From: a virus
Reading direction: 5' to 3' (one strand)
Length of the DNA: 64,000 bases
Virus record (IMG/VR): IMGVR_UViG_3300049201_000035
Location: 1,143-65,142 of that record
How positions within the stretch are numbered: the stretch's first letter is position 1; the number at the start of each line of letters is the position of its first letter. A program made the position numbers and the translations under genes. A model generated the notes under the pieces. That model was not told the origin of the DNA and searched no databases. It worked only from the letters and a program-made list of their open reading frames with translations. Shown here in pieces: positions 47,235-55,885 of the stretch.

Positions 47235-47323
47235 ACGAACCAAACAATCCTTTTCAGCGGGTAATATCCCTTCTCAAAAACAGGCATTACCCGGAATATT
47301 ACCCACCTTGAACGATCAGAACC

Positions 47324-47773
47324 ATGAGAGGCAGAACTAGCAGGCATCAGTTTTACAAAAAAGCTTATTCGCTATATGAATCCGGACTGTCTCTTTCAGA
47401 GGTTGCCCAATCGGTCGGCGTTACCAGGCAATGCGTTTTCAAAGCATTCTCTGCACGGGGTTTTCAATTGAGAAAAAAGAGCGAACGTCCTTTTAAAATG
47501 TATAAGGGAGTAAAGTTCACTTTGCGAAACACCGGATATTATTCTGCAACTACTGGTAAGCGGGAGCTTATGCACCGATACATGTGGGAAGATCAAATCG
47601 GTAATATTCCAGAAGGGTGGGATATTCATCACATCAACGAAGTTAAGTCGGATAACCGAATTGAGAATTTCGAATGCCTCCCGAAGTCGGAGCATACCAG
47701 AAAGTATTCACCTCATAACAATCAATTCACAAGGGGGAGAAAAATAATAAGAGCTCACAATGATACATTTTAG
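47324..47773 (+). CDS. HNH endonuclease with N-terminal HTH
   Basis: MHRYMWE..IPEGWDIHHINEVKSDNRIEN. Confidence 0.88.
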   Translation: MRGRTSRHQFYKKAYSLYESGLSLSEVAQSVGVTRQCVFKAFSARGFQLRKKSERPFKMYKGVKFTLRNTGYYSATTGKRELMHRYMWEDQIGNIPEGWDIHHINEVKSDNRIENFECLPKSEHTRKYSPHNNQFTRGRKIIRAHNDTF

Positions 47774-48929
47774 CCTATTCAGTGGTATCGGAGGCTTCGA
47801 TCTTTCATCTCAGTGGATGGGGTGGAAAAACTACGTTAGCTGTGAGATTAACGAGTTTGGCAATAAGGTGCTCGAATATTACTGGCCAGGGGCCTACCAC
47901 CATAGAGACATTCATACTCTCGATTATGCAACAATTAACACTGAACTTTCAAAACGATTCGGAACCCACTGGAGAAACGATGATATCATCCTCTCAGGTG
48001 GGTTCCCATAAGGACCGTGCCAGCCTTATAGCTCAGCAGGTAAACGCCTTGGAAAGGAAGATGACCGGCACCTCTGGCCGCAGATGCTTAGAACAATTCG
48101 GGAGATTGAGCCGACTTGGGTTGTGGGCGAAAACGTTCGCGGGCTTACTAATTGGAATGGAGGGCTGGTATTCAACGAGGTGTGGTCTGACCTGGAAGCT
48201 CTCGGCTATGAAGTCATCCCGTTTCTACTTCCAGCTTGTGCCGTCGACGCACCGCACCGACGCGACCGAATATGGTTTATTGCCTACTCCGGTAGTAAGC
48301 GATATGGAGGGCGGAGACACGGACACGGTGAGTTTGAAGAACGGTCGGTTTGTCAGGATCAGCAAGGACGGGACGGAGTTCGGCGCGAAGATTCAACACG
48401 CGGCGAAGTTGTTGCCGACTCCGCAGGCGATCGACGGATCAGGGAAAGGTCGGGCTCTTCGGATGAAAACAGGAAATCGGAACCCGGACAGCGTGGGATC
48501 ATGGCGAGGGGATTTGAAGGATTACGCGCACATGGACTTACTCCCTACTCCCAGAGCAAACGATTCAGAGAAGCGCGGCCAGATTTCGGCCGATCCAAGG
48601 AACGGGCTACCGGGGCTAGCGGTAAATGGATTTTTACCGACACAAACGGCCAGCAGCGACGCGAAGGGAGGTTGTACACGGCCGAACGAGAAGCGGCAGA
48701 ACGACACGTTGGCGCATTCGATTCATGGAATGGTCGGAGAACCTGGCAAGACTTCCCAACTCAATCCCCGGTTCGTTCTGGAAATGATGGGTTTCCCACC
48801 GGACTGGACGGAATTACCCTTTCAAAGTGGCGAAATGAATCCATAAAAGCGGCCGGCAATGCGATCGTTCCGCAAGTAGCCTTCCAGATTTTTCAAGCAA
48901 TACAACAGTTTCACGATACAAAACTTTAA
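47760..48929 (+). pseudogene. C5-cytosine DNA methyltransferase alpha chain interrupted by in-frame TAA (48009-48011); pseudogene or recoded
   Basis: FSGIGGFD (I), CEIN (II), GGFP*GPCQ (IV), GENV (VI), HRRDRIWF (VIII), GNAIVP (X), all in one frame. Confidence 0.8.
48061..48846 (+). CDS. Nested alternative-frame methyltransferase beta subunit
   Basis: +1 frame inside the MTase; four LLPTP-like modules; QLNPRFVLEMMGFPPDWT motif IX-like. Confidence 0.72.
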   Translation: MTGTSGRRCLEQFGRLSRLGLWAKTFAGLLIGMEGWYSTRCGLTWKLSAMKSSRFYFQLVPSTHRTDATEYGLLPTPVVSDMEGGDTDTVSLKNGRFVRISKDGTEFGAKIQHAAKLLPTPQAIDGSGKGRALRMKTGNRNPDSVGSWRGDLKDYAHMDLLPTPRANDSEKRGQISADPRNGLPGLAVNGFLPTQTASSDAKGGCTRPNEKRQNDTLAHSIHGMVGEPGKTSQLNPRFVLEMMGFPPDWTELPFQSGEMNP

Positions 48930-48959
48930 CAGAGTCGAACCCCTACCATTTACGTAAGA

Positions 48960-49172
48960 ATGAAAGCCTCTCACTACGACGACACACTTTGGCTCGTAGA
49001 AATTATGACGCTACCAAACCTGATAGACTGGGATATGCAACTTTCCGAGTTTTTAAAGGACACGAGTAAACTGAGTTTAAGCCATTTAGTAATCGTTTCA
49101 ACAGTACATAAAATTGTTCAAAATGAAATTTCACAACGTCACTCACGCAATATCATCCGGCAAGATCAATGA
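48960..49172 (+). CDS. Hypothetical protein
   Basis: 70 aa. Confidence 0.4.
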   Translation: MKASHYDDTLWLVEIMTLPNLIDWDMQLSEFLKDTSKLSLSHLVIVSTVHKIVQNEISQRHSRNIIRQDQ

Positions 49173-49356
49173 ATGGTCTAGCGAAGATTTGGAAGCCGCC
49201 AAACCCCTCATTGAGGAACAACGGGCGGAAGTAAAAGAAGAGATTAAATTCTACGGGAAGTCTGGACAACGGAGACAGTGGCTGGAAGAGCTTGACGAAA
49301 TGGAGTCCAGGATTTATCAGATTTTGGCTGTCAGGCCGCATGCAGATACACTTTAA
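49114..49356 (+). CDS. Hypothetical protein
   Basis: 80 aa. Confidence 0.45.
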   Translation: MFKMKFHNVTHAISSGKINEWSSEDLEAAKPLIEEQRAEVKEEIKFYGKSGQRRQWLEELDEMESRIYQILAVRPHADTL

Positions 49357-49496
49357 CAGCGCCGAACCCCTATGACCAAAAAACCAACCCCCGCCTGGCA
49401 GGAATGCGTAACAACCGCGATGCTGGTATTCCTCGCAATTATCGCAGTCGCCTCCTGCATGTTTCTGATTTTTTCATCGATTAATGAGTGGAAGCT

Positions 49497-49805
49497 ATGA
49501 AAATCTACATCGCCGGAAAAATAGGCAACCTGCCGGAAGAAGAGTTCACGGAAAAATTTGAAAAAGCCAAGTATCAACTTGTCGACCTTGGATATGAGGC
49601 GGTAACACCGCTGGACTTTGAGCATAACCACGGGCGAACATGGGCAGAGTATATGCTTGAAGACTTGGCTGAGCTCAACAAGTGCGATGCGATTTGTTTA
49701 CTGCCGTGCTGGACGGACTCTCCGGGCGCAAGTATCGAGCGATTGTTTGCGTATGGGGCGCGAAAAGACGTGTTCCATTTTGAAGATATAATCAAAACCG
49801 TTTAA
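49497..49805 (+). CDS. DUF4406-like (nucleoside deoxyribosyltransferase-like) protein
   Basis: KIYIAG..L..CDAI..LPCW..SPGASIE. Confidence 0.8.
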   Translation: MKIYIAGKIGNLPEEEFTEKFEKAKYQLVDLGYEAVTPLDFEHNHGRTWAEYMLEDLAELNKCDAICLLPCWTDSPGASIERLFAYGARKDVFHFEDIIKTV

Positions 49806-49815
49806 ATGTTAACCA

Positions 49816-50001
49816 ATGGCAAAAAAGCAAGTAACCTTCGAGATTGAAGTAGATGATGACATGGATGATATCACTCTCGAAGAGGGGTTGAAATTCCAAT
49901 TAGGAATCGTGTCGAGCATTTCAATGGACAATCCGTATTCCGACCTGGATACCACAGATTTCATTAACGAATTGGCGGCATCAAACCTGAAAGTGTCATG
50001 A
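49816..50001 (+). CDS. Small acidic hypothetical protein
   Basis: 61 aa, ATGA coupling. Confidence 0.5.
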   Translation: MAKKQVTFEIEVDDDMDDITLEEGLKFQLGIVSSISMDNPYSDLDTTDFINELAASNLKVS

Positions 50002-50450
50002 ACGTCCCTAAAATTCAAATAAACCTCGAAAAGCGCGAACTAACCGAGCAAGAAAAGCGCATCATGCTCATTAATCAAATGTGCGTGCATCTTTTGATCC
50101 GGACGATCGATCAGCTCAAAGCAACGAGTGTATACCGAACAAAGCTGAAACAAGTTGCTGGCCAGTTATCGACTGAGCTTGAAAAGCACGCCAAACACGT
50201 TGCGTGGGATGTTGATCTGGAAGACTCGGACGTGGACTCATCCTTCGATCAAATGGAGCAAGGAGCGCGAAATGTCGAGTACCTGATGCAAATGATGATC
50301 ATGCTTGGTAGAATGCACGAATCGCAATGGCCGCTGTTCTTCGCGGATATGAACCCGGTTTTCAAGCGCCATGGTATGAACCTGATGGTTGATCATAATG
50401 GGCACATGCATGCTTTTGATGTACCAAATGTCGAAATGATACTGTCATGA
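49998..50450 (+). CDS. Hypothetical protein
   Basis: 150 aa. Confidence 0.55.
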   Translation: MNVPKIQINLEKRELTEQEKRIMLINQMCVHLLIRTIDQLKATSVYRTKLKQVAGQLSTELEKHAKHVAWDVDLEDSDVDSSFDQMEQGARNVEYLMQMMIMLGRMHESQWPLFFADMNPVFKRHGMNLMVDHNGHMHAFDVPNVEMILS

Positions 50451-50613
50451 AAGCGATTCTTTCCCAAATAGTTGATACAGCGAAGTTGTTCTTCGGAGTG
50501 ATCCTGCTGGTTATTATCTGGGCTATGCCGGGCAAAAACGACCCGGATGAGTTTGATCCTTATTATTGAAAGTCAACAATCTCAGCAGACCGCTGACTTA
50601 AAACCAAACCAAA

Positions 50614-51060
50614 ATGAGACCAATAATATTCAGAGCAAAAGCAACCCACGGAAACGAATGGGTTTACGGAAACTTCATCCATTCGTCCAGGTTCGCCGGA
50701 TGTGGCAATGAGTTTCGGATCCATAACATCGAAACCGGATTGGAGTCGGATGTTGACCCGGAGACTGTTGGGCAGTTTACTGGGTTGAAGGATAAGAATG
50801 GGATTGACATTTATGAAGCTGATGTGTTTTTCGAAGAAGTGGAATGCGATGAAGGAGATGAAAGACTTTACACCGTTGTCGTATGGCTTCCTACCAAATC
50901 TTGTTTTGCATTGCTGAATAAAGGCGAATTCATCGAATGGGAAAATAACGGCGACGTCTGTCTGGATAAGTCGTGGTTCTACGAAATCGATCAAGATGAT
51001 ATCCTGAAAATGCATCGGGCTGGAAACGTTTATGACAATCCAATCCTCTTAATACAGTAA
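50614..51060 (+). CDS. YopX-family protein
   Basis: RPIIFRA..WVYG..VGQFTGLKDKNG.DIYEAD..GNVYDNP. Confidence 0.88.
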   Translation: MRPIIFRAKATHGNEWVYGNFIHSSRFAGCGNEFRIHNIETGLESDVDPETVGQFTGLKDKNGIDIYEADVFFEEVECDEGDERLYTVVVWLPTKSCFALLNKGEFIEWENNGDVCLDKSWFYEIDQDDILKMHRAGNVYDNPILLIQ

Positions 51061-51086
51061 CCATCAATTAACCAACAGTTACAACC

Positions 51087-51314
51087 ATGAACCACATAGT
51101 TATAAGCGAGACCCAGCGGATCATAGTAAGCCGTTCCGGAGATAATAATGCCTGTCAATGGCAGGAAAAGGAAACAGCAGGATGGGAAACGTTGTTTCGT
51201 AAGCAACTGCAAGTCAATCAAAAGCACGATGTGAAGGGCGTTATGCAGGAGGAATACCGGCAATACAAGCAGCGTCAGGAGTATGATCAGAGCAAGCTTC
51301 AACCGTATCATTGA
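51087..51314 (+). CDS. Hypothetical protein
   Basis: 75 aa. Confidence 0.45.
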   Translation: MNHIVISETQRIIVSRSGDNNACQWQEKETAGWETLFRKQLQVNQKHDVKGVMQEEYRQYKQRQEYDQSKLQPYH

Positions 51315-51320
51315 GATGAG

Positions 51321-51725
51321 ATGGAAATTCAGTTTGAAGGAATATGGTTGACGCTTACACCGGATCAGGAGAAGATAGTGAAACGCAATCGAATGGAAAC
51401 ATTTCGAGCCAAAGATTCCTTCATTGATGTGCTATGCAGACATGATTTCATTCGAATGGATGTTCCTGACACATATCATCACAGTCAGTACGGATGGATA
51501 GCGATTTTGGATGGAAGCGAAGTGGTTTGTTCTGTTTGGATGGCTGGTGTAGGACTTCGAGATGATACTTATCCTGGCGGTCACAACTACCGATCATGGA
51601 AAGTTTTGGAAAAGGCGTTAGTTGAAGGGACCCGTTACTGCGAGGAAAATGAAAAAGTGAGTGAAGTCAACAGATCAAAATCCCCATTTATTTTTTGTAT
51701 CAATAAACCAGGCAATCACCCATGA
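51321..51725 (+). CDS. Hypothetical protein
   Basis: 134 aa. Confidence 0.55.
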   Translation: MEIQFEGIWLTLTPDQEKIVKRNRMETFRAKDSFIDVLCRHDFIRMDVPDTYHHSQYGWIAILDGSEVVCSVWMAGVGLRDDTYPGGHNYRSWKVLEKALVEGTRYCEENEKVSEVNRSKSPFIFCINKPGNHP

Positions 51726-52201
51726 ACATCCACAAACTAACTCCCGGCCAATGGATCACTCGGACCGAACCGGTAATGGTCAGCCATAAATCACATTTTG
51801 ACGACAACCTAGGTATTCACCGCGAACGAGATCCAACTCTTCAATTTGACTTCATAGGGCAAAAGTGCTGGTTCGCCGGTGTAGCTAATGGTGTGATCAA
51901 CATCAACATTGGAGGTATGACTTATATCCTGCCCATACACCCGGAATATCCCGCCTTGTGGGAGGAAGGTTGGTCGGAGTATGTGGAGGTGCTGGATGTG
52001 GAGAAGGTGCCTGAGAAGCCCAAAAGGGACAGTAGCTTGCTGGTTATCTCGCTGTGTGGCTTAATCTCGGTTATTTTCTCCATTGTTGGCCATACAATGG
52101 ACGACGATAAAGCTTCGGCGGGCGGAATGGCATTGTCGACACTACTGATTATTCAGTTGATCATCAAATACTTCACCCCGGCCGATAAGCCTACTTATTA
52201 G
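51722..52201 (+). CDS. Hypothetical membrane protein
   Basis: Two C-terminal TM segments. Confidence 0.55.
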   Translation: MNIHKLTPGQWITRTEPVMVSHKSHFDDNLGIHRERDPTLQFDFIGQKCWFAGVANGVININIGGMTYILPIHPEYPALWEEGWSEYVEVLDVEKVPEKPKRDSSLLVISLCGLISVIFSIVGHTMDDDKASAGGMALSTLLIIQLIIKYFTPADKPTY

Positions 52202-52204
52202 CCT

Positions 52205-52387
52205 TCAATACAGTCCTGACAATGTACTGGCTTGCAGCCTCGCCGTTCTTCTTCGCCCTCTTCTGAATGATTTCCCACTCGGCGTCCGTGCAGTATATCT
52301 GATGGGCCCACTTGCGGTCTGAGTGATCGAATCTTGGTCTTCCTGGCTTTTGTGTGTCGTTTTGCATAGTACTGATTTACTCATCAA
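52205..52387 (-). CDS. Small basic ORF (uncertain)
   Basis: 60 aa Arg-rich; its start overlaps a TACATTTG element. Confidence 0.25.
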   Translation of the reverse strand: MMSKSVLCKTTHKSQEDQDSITQTASGPIRYTARTPSGKSFRRGRRRTARLQASTLSGLY

Positions 52388-52476
52388 ATGTAGTCAAAAC
52401 TTACCGTTCCATCAATGTTTAAAAAACATTTGTAAAATAAGTGAAATAATTTACGATGCAATGCATAATGAAGTGT

Positions 52477-52484
52477 TATATTTG
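52477..52484 (+). promoter_or_regulatory. -7 element TATATTTG with upstream TGCAATGCA box
   Basis: Consensus match; box at 52457-52465. Confidence 0.6.
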
Positions 52485-52593
52485 TGTCTGAAATTCGATG
52501 TGAATGATGATTCACCGAAAGTACAAGCTCATGTAAACTTAAACCAGAAGTTACGATCGGGAGTGATCAGGGCTTCGATAGGTTGATGAAATG

Positions 52594-52630
52594 AAAAACC
52601 GGCCAGACGCATAATTCCTGGTCGGTTTTT
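52594..52630. terminator. Intrinsic terminator
   Basis: A5-ccggccag/ctggtcgg-T5. Confidence 0.7.
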
Positions 52631-52670
52631 AGAATCTAAAAAGAGATACTACTTCAAATAATATACCTCC

Positions 52671-53057
52671 ATGAGAATCCTCGTACTCATATTTATCCTT
52701 TCCTCATGCGTAGTTCGGCAGGAGTGTTGTGAGTGCCCAGATACGAGGATAGATCGTTCATCTTATCTGGATTCGGCCCGTCGTTCCAGGGATAGGATAA
52801 TGGCTGAGCGAGACTCAATACGCAGAGTAGCAAGGCTATTGACGGAGAGGAGAATATTTATGATTGATTCATTTTTTCACGAAGAAAAGGCTCGAATACT
52901 CAATATCAAGCGTGCAATTCGGCATATGAATGAGTCGTACGCCAAATTGCTGGCTTTGAGAGCACGTATAGCGGAGCGTAGGCGCATAAAACACCTGTAT
53001 CGCCGAAGGGATTATAAATTGACCACGATGCAAATAATCAACACTCGACTTCAATAA
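52671..53057 (+). CDS. Putative lipoprotein
   Basis: MRILVLIFILSSC lipobox; basic helical body. Confidence 0.55.
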   Translation: MRILVLIFILSSCVVRQECCECPDTRIDRSSYLDSARRSRDRIMAERDSIRRVARLLTERRIFMIDSFFHEEKARILNIKRAIRHMNESYAKLLALRARIAERRRIKHLYRRRDYKLTTMQIINTRLQ

Positions 53058-53063
53058 ACAACC

Positions 53064-53291
53064 ATGGGAAATCCTATTAAAAGTCAGAAAGAGGCCGAAA
53101 ATACCCGGAGATACCTTATCAACACCACTTCCAGTACACTTAAAATATCCAACGAAGAGGCCGAAAAGCGAGTGGATGCCCTCTTCAAGAGTGGAATACT
53201 TGACCAGAATTTGCCTATGCCTATTTTTCAGATGCAAGTTGACGCATTCCTATCCATTGACAGTTCGAAATACAATCACATTGCAGATTAA
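53064..53291 (+). CDS. Hypothetical protein
   Basis: 75 aa. Confidence 0.5.
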   Translation: MGNPIKSQKEAENTRRYLINTTSSTLKISNEEAEKRVDALFKSGILDQNLPMPIFQMQVDAFLSIDSSKYNHIAD

Positions 53292-53412
53292 AGAAACACC
53301 ATTTAAGTCTAGACAGCTGTAAGTGGCCGGAGCCGGTCGAGGATGTTTCGTTCTCCTGACTCCGGAATTTGAAAGTACACATCGCCTATCATAATTAAAC
53401 CATTCGTAGATA

Positions 53413-53817
53413 ATGTCACAAAATAGAATTACCCTTGAAATGAACAGCTTTGAAGCGGTTGTTGCTTTGGCTGAGGGAAATCCAGGCGCAGCAATCGCCC
53501 TTATGGAATTAATGAATTCAGCCGAGCAGATCGACCCAGATTCTGCACTTGGCGAAATGAGTCCGGCATTTTCTTTTGACACCTATGGAATCTATGGATC
53601 GCACATTCACATTCTTTTTTCGGACATCTGCAAAAAAGATCCGGTGAAAACGCTTGCTGTGCTGCGATCGGTTCAGATGGGTATTTTTTCTCAGTCAATT
53701 TTGAAGGAGGCTTGCAGTAGACAAAATCACACCGGATCGACGCTTGTTCCTGTCGATGAATTACTGACAAAGGTGAGAGAGCAACTGCCAAACTTCGCAT
53801 CGTCGATCCCGGCTTAA
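53413..53817 (+). CDS. Phage hypothetical protein
   Basis: LAEGNPGA..GIYGSHI..LF.D.C. Confidence 0.65.
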   Translation: MSQNRITLEMNSFEAVVALAEGNPGAAIALMELMNSAEQIDPDSALGEMSPAFSFDTYGIYGSHIHILFSDICKKDPVKTLAVLRSVQMGIFSQSILKEACSRQNHTGSTLVPVDELLTKVREQLPNFASSIPA

Positions 53818-53829
53818 TAAAAAAAGCAT

Positions 53830-53991
53830 ATGCCCCACTTCTTCGAGATATTGAATCGCGTTTTACTGGAAAAAGATTGGGTAAAGATTTTGTGCATGAC
53901 GATTATTATTGCAGTGTCGATCTGCTATCCAGATGCATTTCTAATTGCCATAAGAACTCTGTTGATCATCAGGCTAATCAGAACTATTTAA
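53830..53991 (+). CDS. Small membrane peptide (53 aa)
   Basis: Hand-translated, hydrophobic. Confidence 0.4.
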   Translation: MPHFFEILNRVLLEKDWVKILCMTIIIAVSICYPDAFLIAIRTLLIIRLIRTI

Positions 53992-53992
53992 A

Positions 53993-54199
53993 ATGAAAAA
54001 AGGACAAAAAGCGCCAGTTGGTCGCATGTGCAAAGGATCTGATCATCCAAGGTCTAAACTGGAAGAATGTCAGATACCAGATATCAGGGCATTTCTTGGC
54101 GCTGGTAGGTCTCAGCAGTGGATTGCGAATAGGTACTTCGTTGCGAGGTGCGCGATTCAGAAGATAGCGAACGGGACGGGCTGGAAGCATGTACAATAA
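53993..54199 (+). CDS. Stand-alone HTH resembling HNH-endonuclease C-terminal domain
   Basis: GSDHPRSKL..IPDIR..QQWIANRY.V...I..I..GTGWKH. Confidence 0.6.
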   Translation: MKKGQKAPVGRMCKGSDHPRSKLEECQIPDIRAFLGAGRSQQWIANRYFVARCAIQKIANGTGWKHVQ

Positions 54200-54207
54200 A
54201 TAGATAT

Positions 54208-54465
54208 ATGGAAACAATCAAAGTAACATTCCCCAAAAGCATTGACCCGGTTGACGTTCAGTTCAACATTATGGGCAGCCTGAAAAAGTTCAATGGATCG
54301 CTTTGCAACGTCGTGCACGTCGGAGAAGATGAAGGGCAGAATTCGTACACCATCAGTGCTGATTCTGCCGAAAGTTTTTATCTGATTGGGATGACGGCAA
54401 GCTCACTGATTAATCGGTCACAATTTAAAACAGCAACTCGAAAAGATGAAAACAAACGGGAATGA
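54208..54465 (+). CDS. Hypothetical protein
   Basis: Start at ATG 54208. Confidence 0.5.
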   Translation: METIKVTFPKSIDPVDVQFNIMGSLKKFNGSLCNVVHVGEDEGQNSYTISADSAESFYLIGMTASSLINRSQFKTATRKDENKRE

Positions 54466-54769
54466 TCCGGAGAGTGCTGGCTGCGAGCTTGAACAAAATG
54501 TGATCGATTATTTCGGCCTTGATCCGGACACGGTCACGGAAAATACTAAGATCAACACAGATTTTGGGCATATCGTTAACATCCTGGCTATGTTTCGAGA
54601 CAGAATCGCTCAAATAGAAACTGTCATAACTGGGGATATTGAAATTTCGCCTGTATTTCCTGATGATGAAAAAGAAGAGTGCGAAATCAAGTGCACACAT
54701 TGCGGTGTATGCCTTGATGATTTTAGTGAATACTATCAGACAGAAGGGTTTTGCGACGACTGTCTTTAA
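54446..54769 (+). CDS. Hypothetical protein with C-terminal zinc ribbon
   Basis: CTHC..CDDC. Confidence 0.5.
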   Translation: MKTNGNDPESAGCELEQNVIDYFGLDPDTVTENTKINTDFGHIVNILAMFRDRIAQIETVITGDIEISPVFPDDEKEECEIKCTHCGVCLDDFSEYYQTEGFCDDCL

Positions 54770-54828
54770 CCGAACCGACTCGCAAGCATAACCCCACATC
54801 AAAACCGATCACCTTAAAAGAGAAGGAA

Positions 54829-55164
54829 ATGGAGTTAAGAAGAACCGTTCAATGTAAGAAGTGCCCATGGAAAGTATCGACAAATCCTTTTGATATTCCA
54901 GACGGATATGATGTTGAAAAGCACCGTGCGCTTTCTTGTGCTATTGCACAACCAGGAGATTTTAGGGTATCTAGGAATAAAGCCATGGCTTGCCACCACT
55001 CGAAAGAGGGCAAGGAGGAGCATTGCGTAGGATGGATCCATAATCAGCTAGGTGTAGGAAACAATATTGGACTCAGAATTCAAATGATGTCGTGTACGAA
55101 TATTAAAGATTTACGAGTAATCGGAGAGCAGCACGAACGATTTGAGGATACTTTACCATACTAA
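54829..55164 (+). CDS. Cys/His-rich hypothetical protein
   Basis: CKKCPW, ACHH, CVGW. Confidence 0.6.
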   Translation: MELRRTVQCKKCPWKVSTNPFDIPDGYDVEKHRALSCAIAQPGDFRVSRNKAMACHHSKEGKEEHCVGWIHNQLGVGNNIGLRIQMMSCTNIKDLRVIGEQHERFEDTLPY

Positions 55165-55167
55165 GCC

Positions 55168-55461
55168 ATGAAAAAGATCGAAACCTTCGAAGATGCCAAG
55201 CAAGCCGTGGCGGAGAAGCATGGAATCAAGACTTTCCCAAAGTTAATTACAGAATGCAAGTTAGGCCATGCTTATGGCGGTAAAGCTAATTTGCCACATT
55301 GGCAGGATGCATACACAGAAGCCGCCGAGCTCTACATGCGCCATGCGGTCAACGAGGCTGTGAGGAATGATCGGGATAGGCTTTTTAACGACAATGAAGA
55401 GTTCGAATATTGTAAATTTTTAATTTACGATTATCCACTACCATTCCCAGAAGAAGCATGA
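55168..55461 (+). CDS. Hypothetical protein
   Basis: 97 aa. Confidence 0.5.
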   Translation: MKKIETFEDAKQAVAEKHGIKTFPKLITECKLGHAYGGKANLPHWQDAYTEAAELYMRHAVNEAVRNDRDRLFNDNEEFEYCKFLIYDYPLPFPEEA

Positions 55462-55609
55462 AAAAATCAACTATATCAATTCCATTTAGCGAATTGCTGG
55501 AAGACTTCGAAAGTCAAATCCGTTCAGATATCAAGCAGGAAAATGTGACGCCAAATGATAAATATGAAGTTATTCGAATATCGACAGAGCCATTTCCAGA
55601 AGAAGCATT

Positions 55610-55831
55610 ATGAAATCAGCATTACAAGTCGAATCCGAGTTTAAAGAAGATATTAAGACGCTGCTCGCAAAGTATGGCGCAGAAGTAGAGCTGATCGATA
55701 AAGGGCGTGACTGGTCTTATGATTACGTTATACAAGTGACTATTCCAGCCAGATACGACGATCACCAAAATGTGATTAGTGATTTTTCCCAATTCAGTTT
55801 AGGTAGCTGGATAAACGAGAACAACGCATGA
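55610..55831 (+). CDS. Hypothetical protein
   Basis: 73 aa. Confidence 0.5.
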   Translation: MKSALQVESEFKEDIKTLLAKYGAEVELIDKGRDWSYDYVIQVTIPARYDDHQNVISDFSQFSLGSWINENNA

Positions 55832-55885
55832 AATCAACCATCGCCCTCTCCGATGCGCTAAAGCAACCAAAACAATTGAGATAGC

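Noticed and set aside
47782-48060. Upstream extension of the nested MTase ORF as listed in the track
   Set aside because: Overlaps alpha motifs I-IV with no recognisable features; ATG 48061 is the more plausible start
48930-48945. GGTTCGACTC on minus strand resembling a tRNA T-arm
   Set aside because: T-stem does not pair; the sequence is part of a gene-boundary repeat
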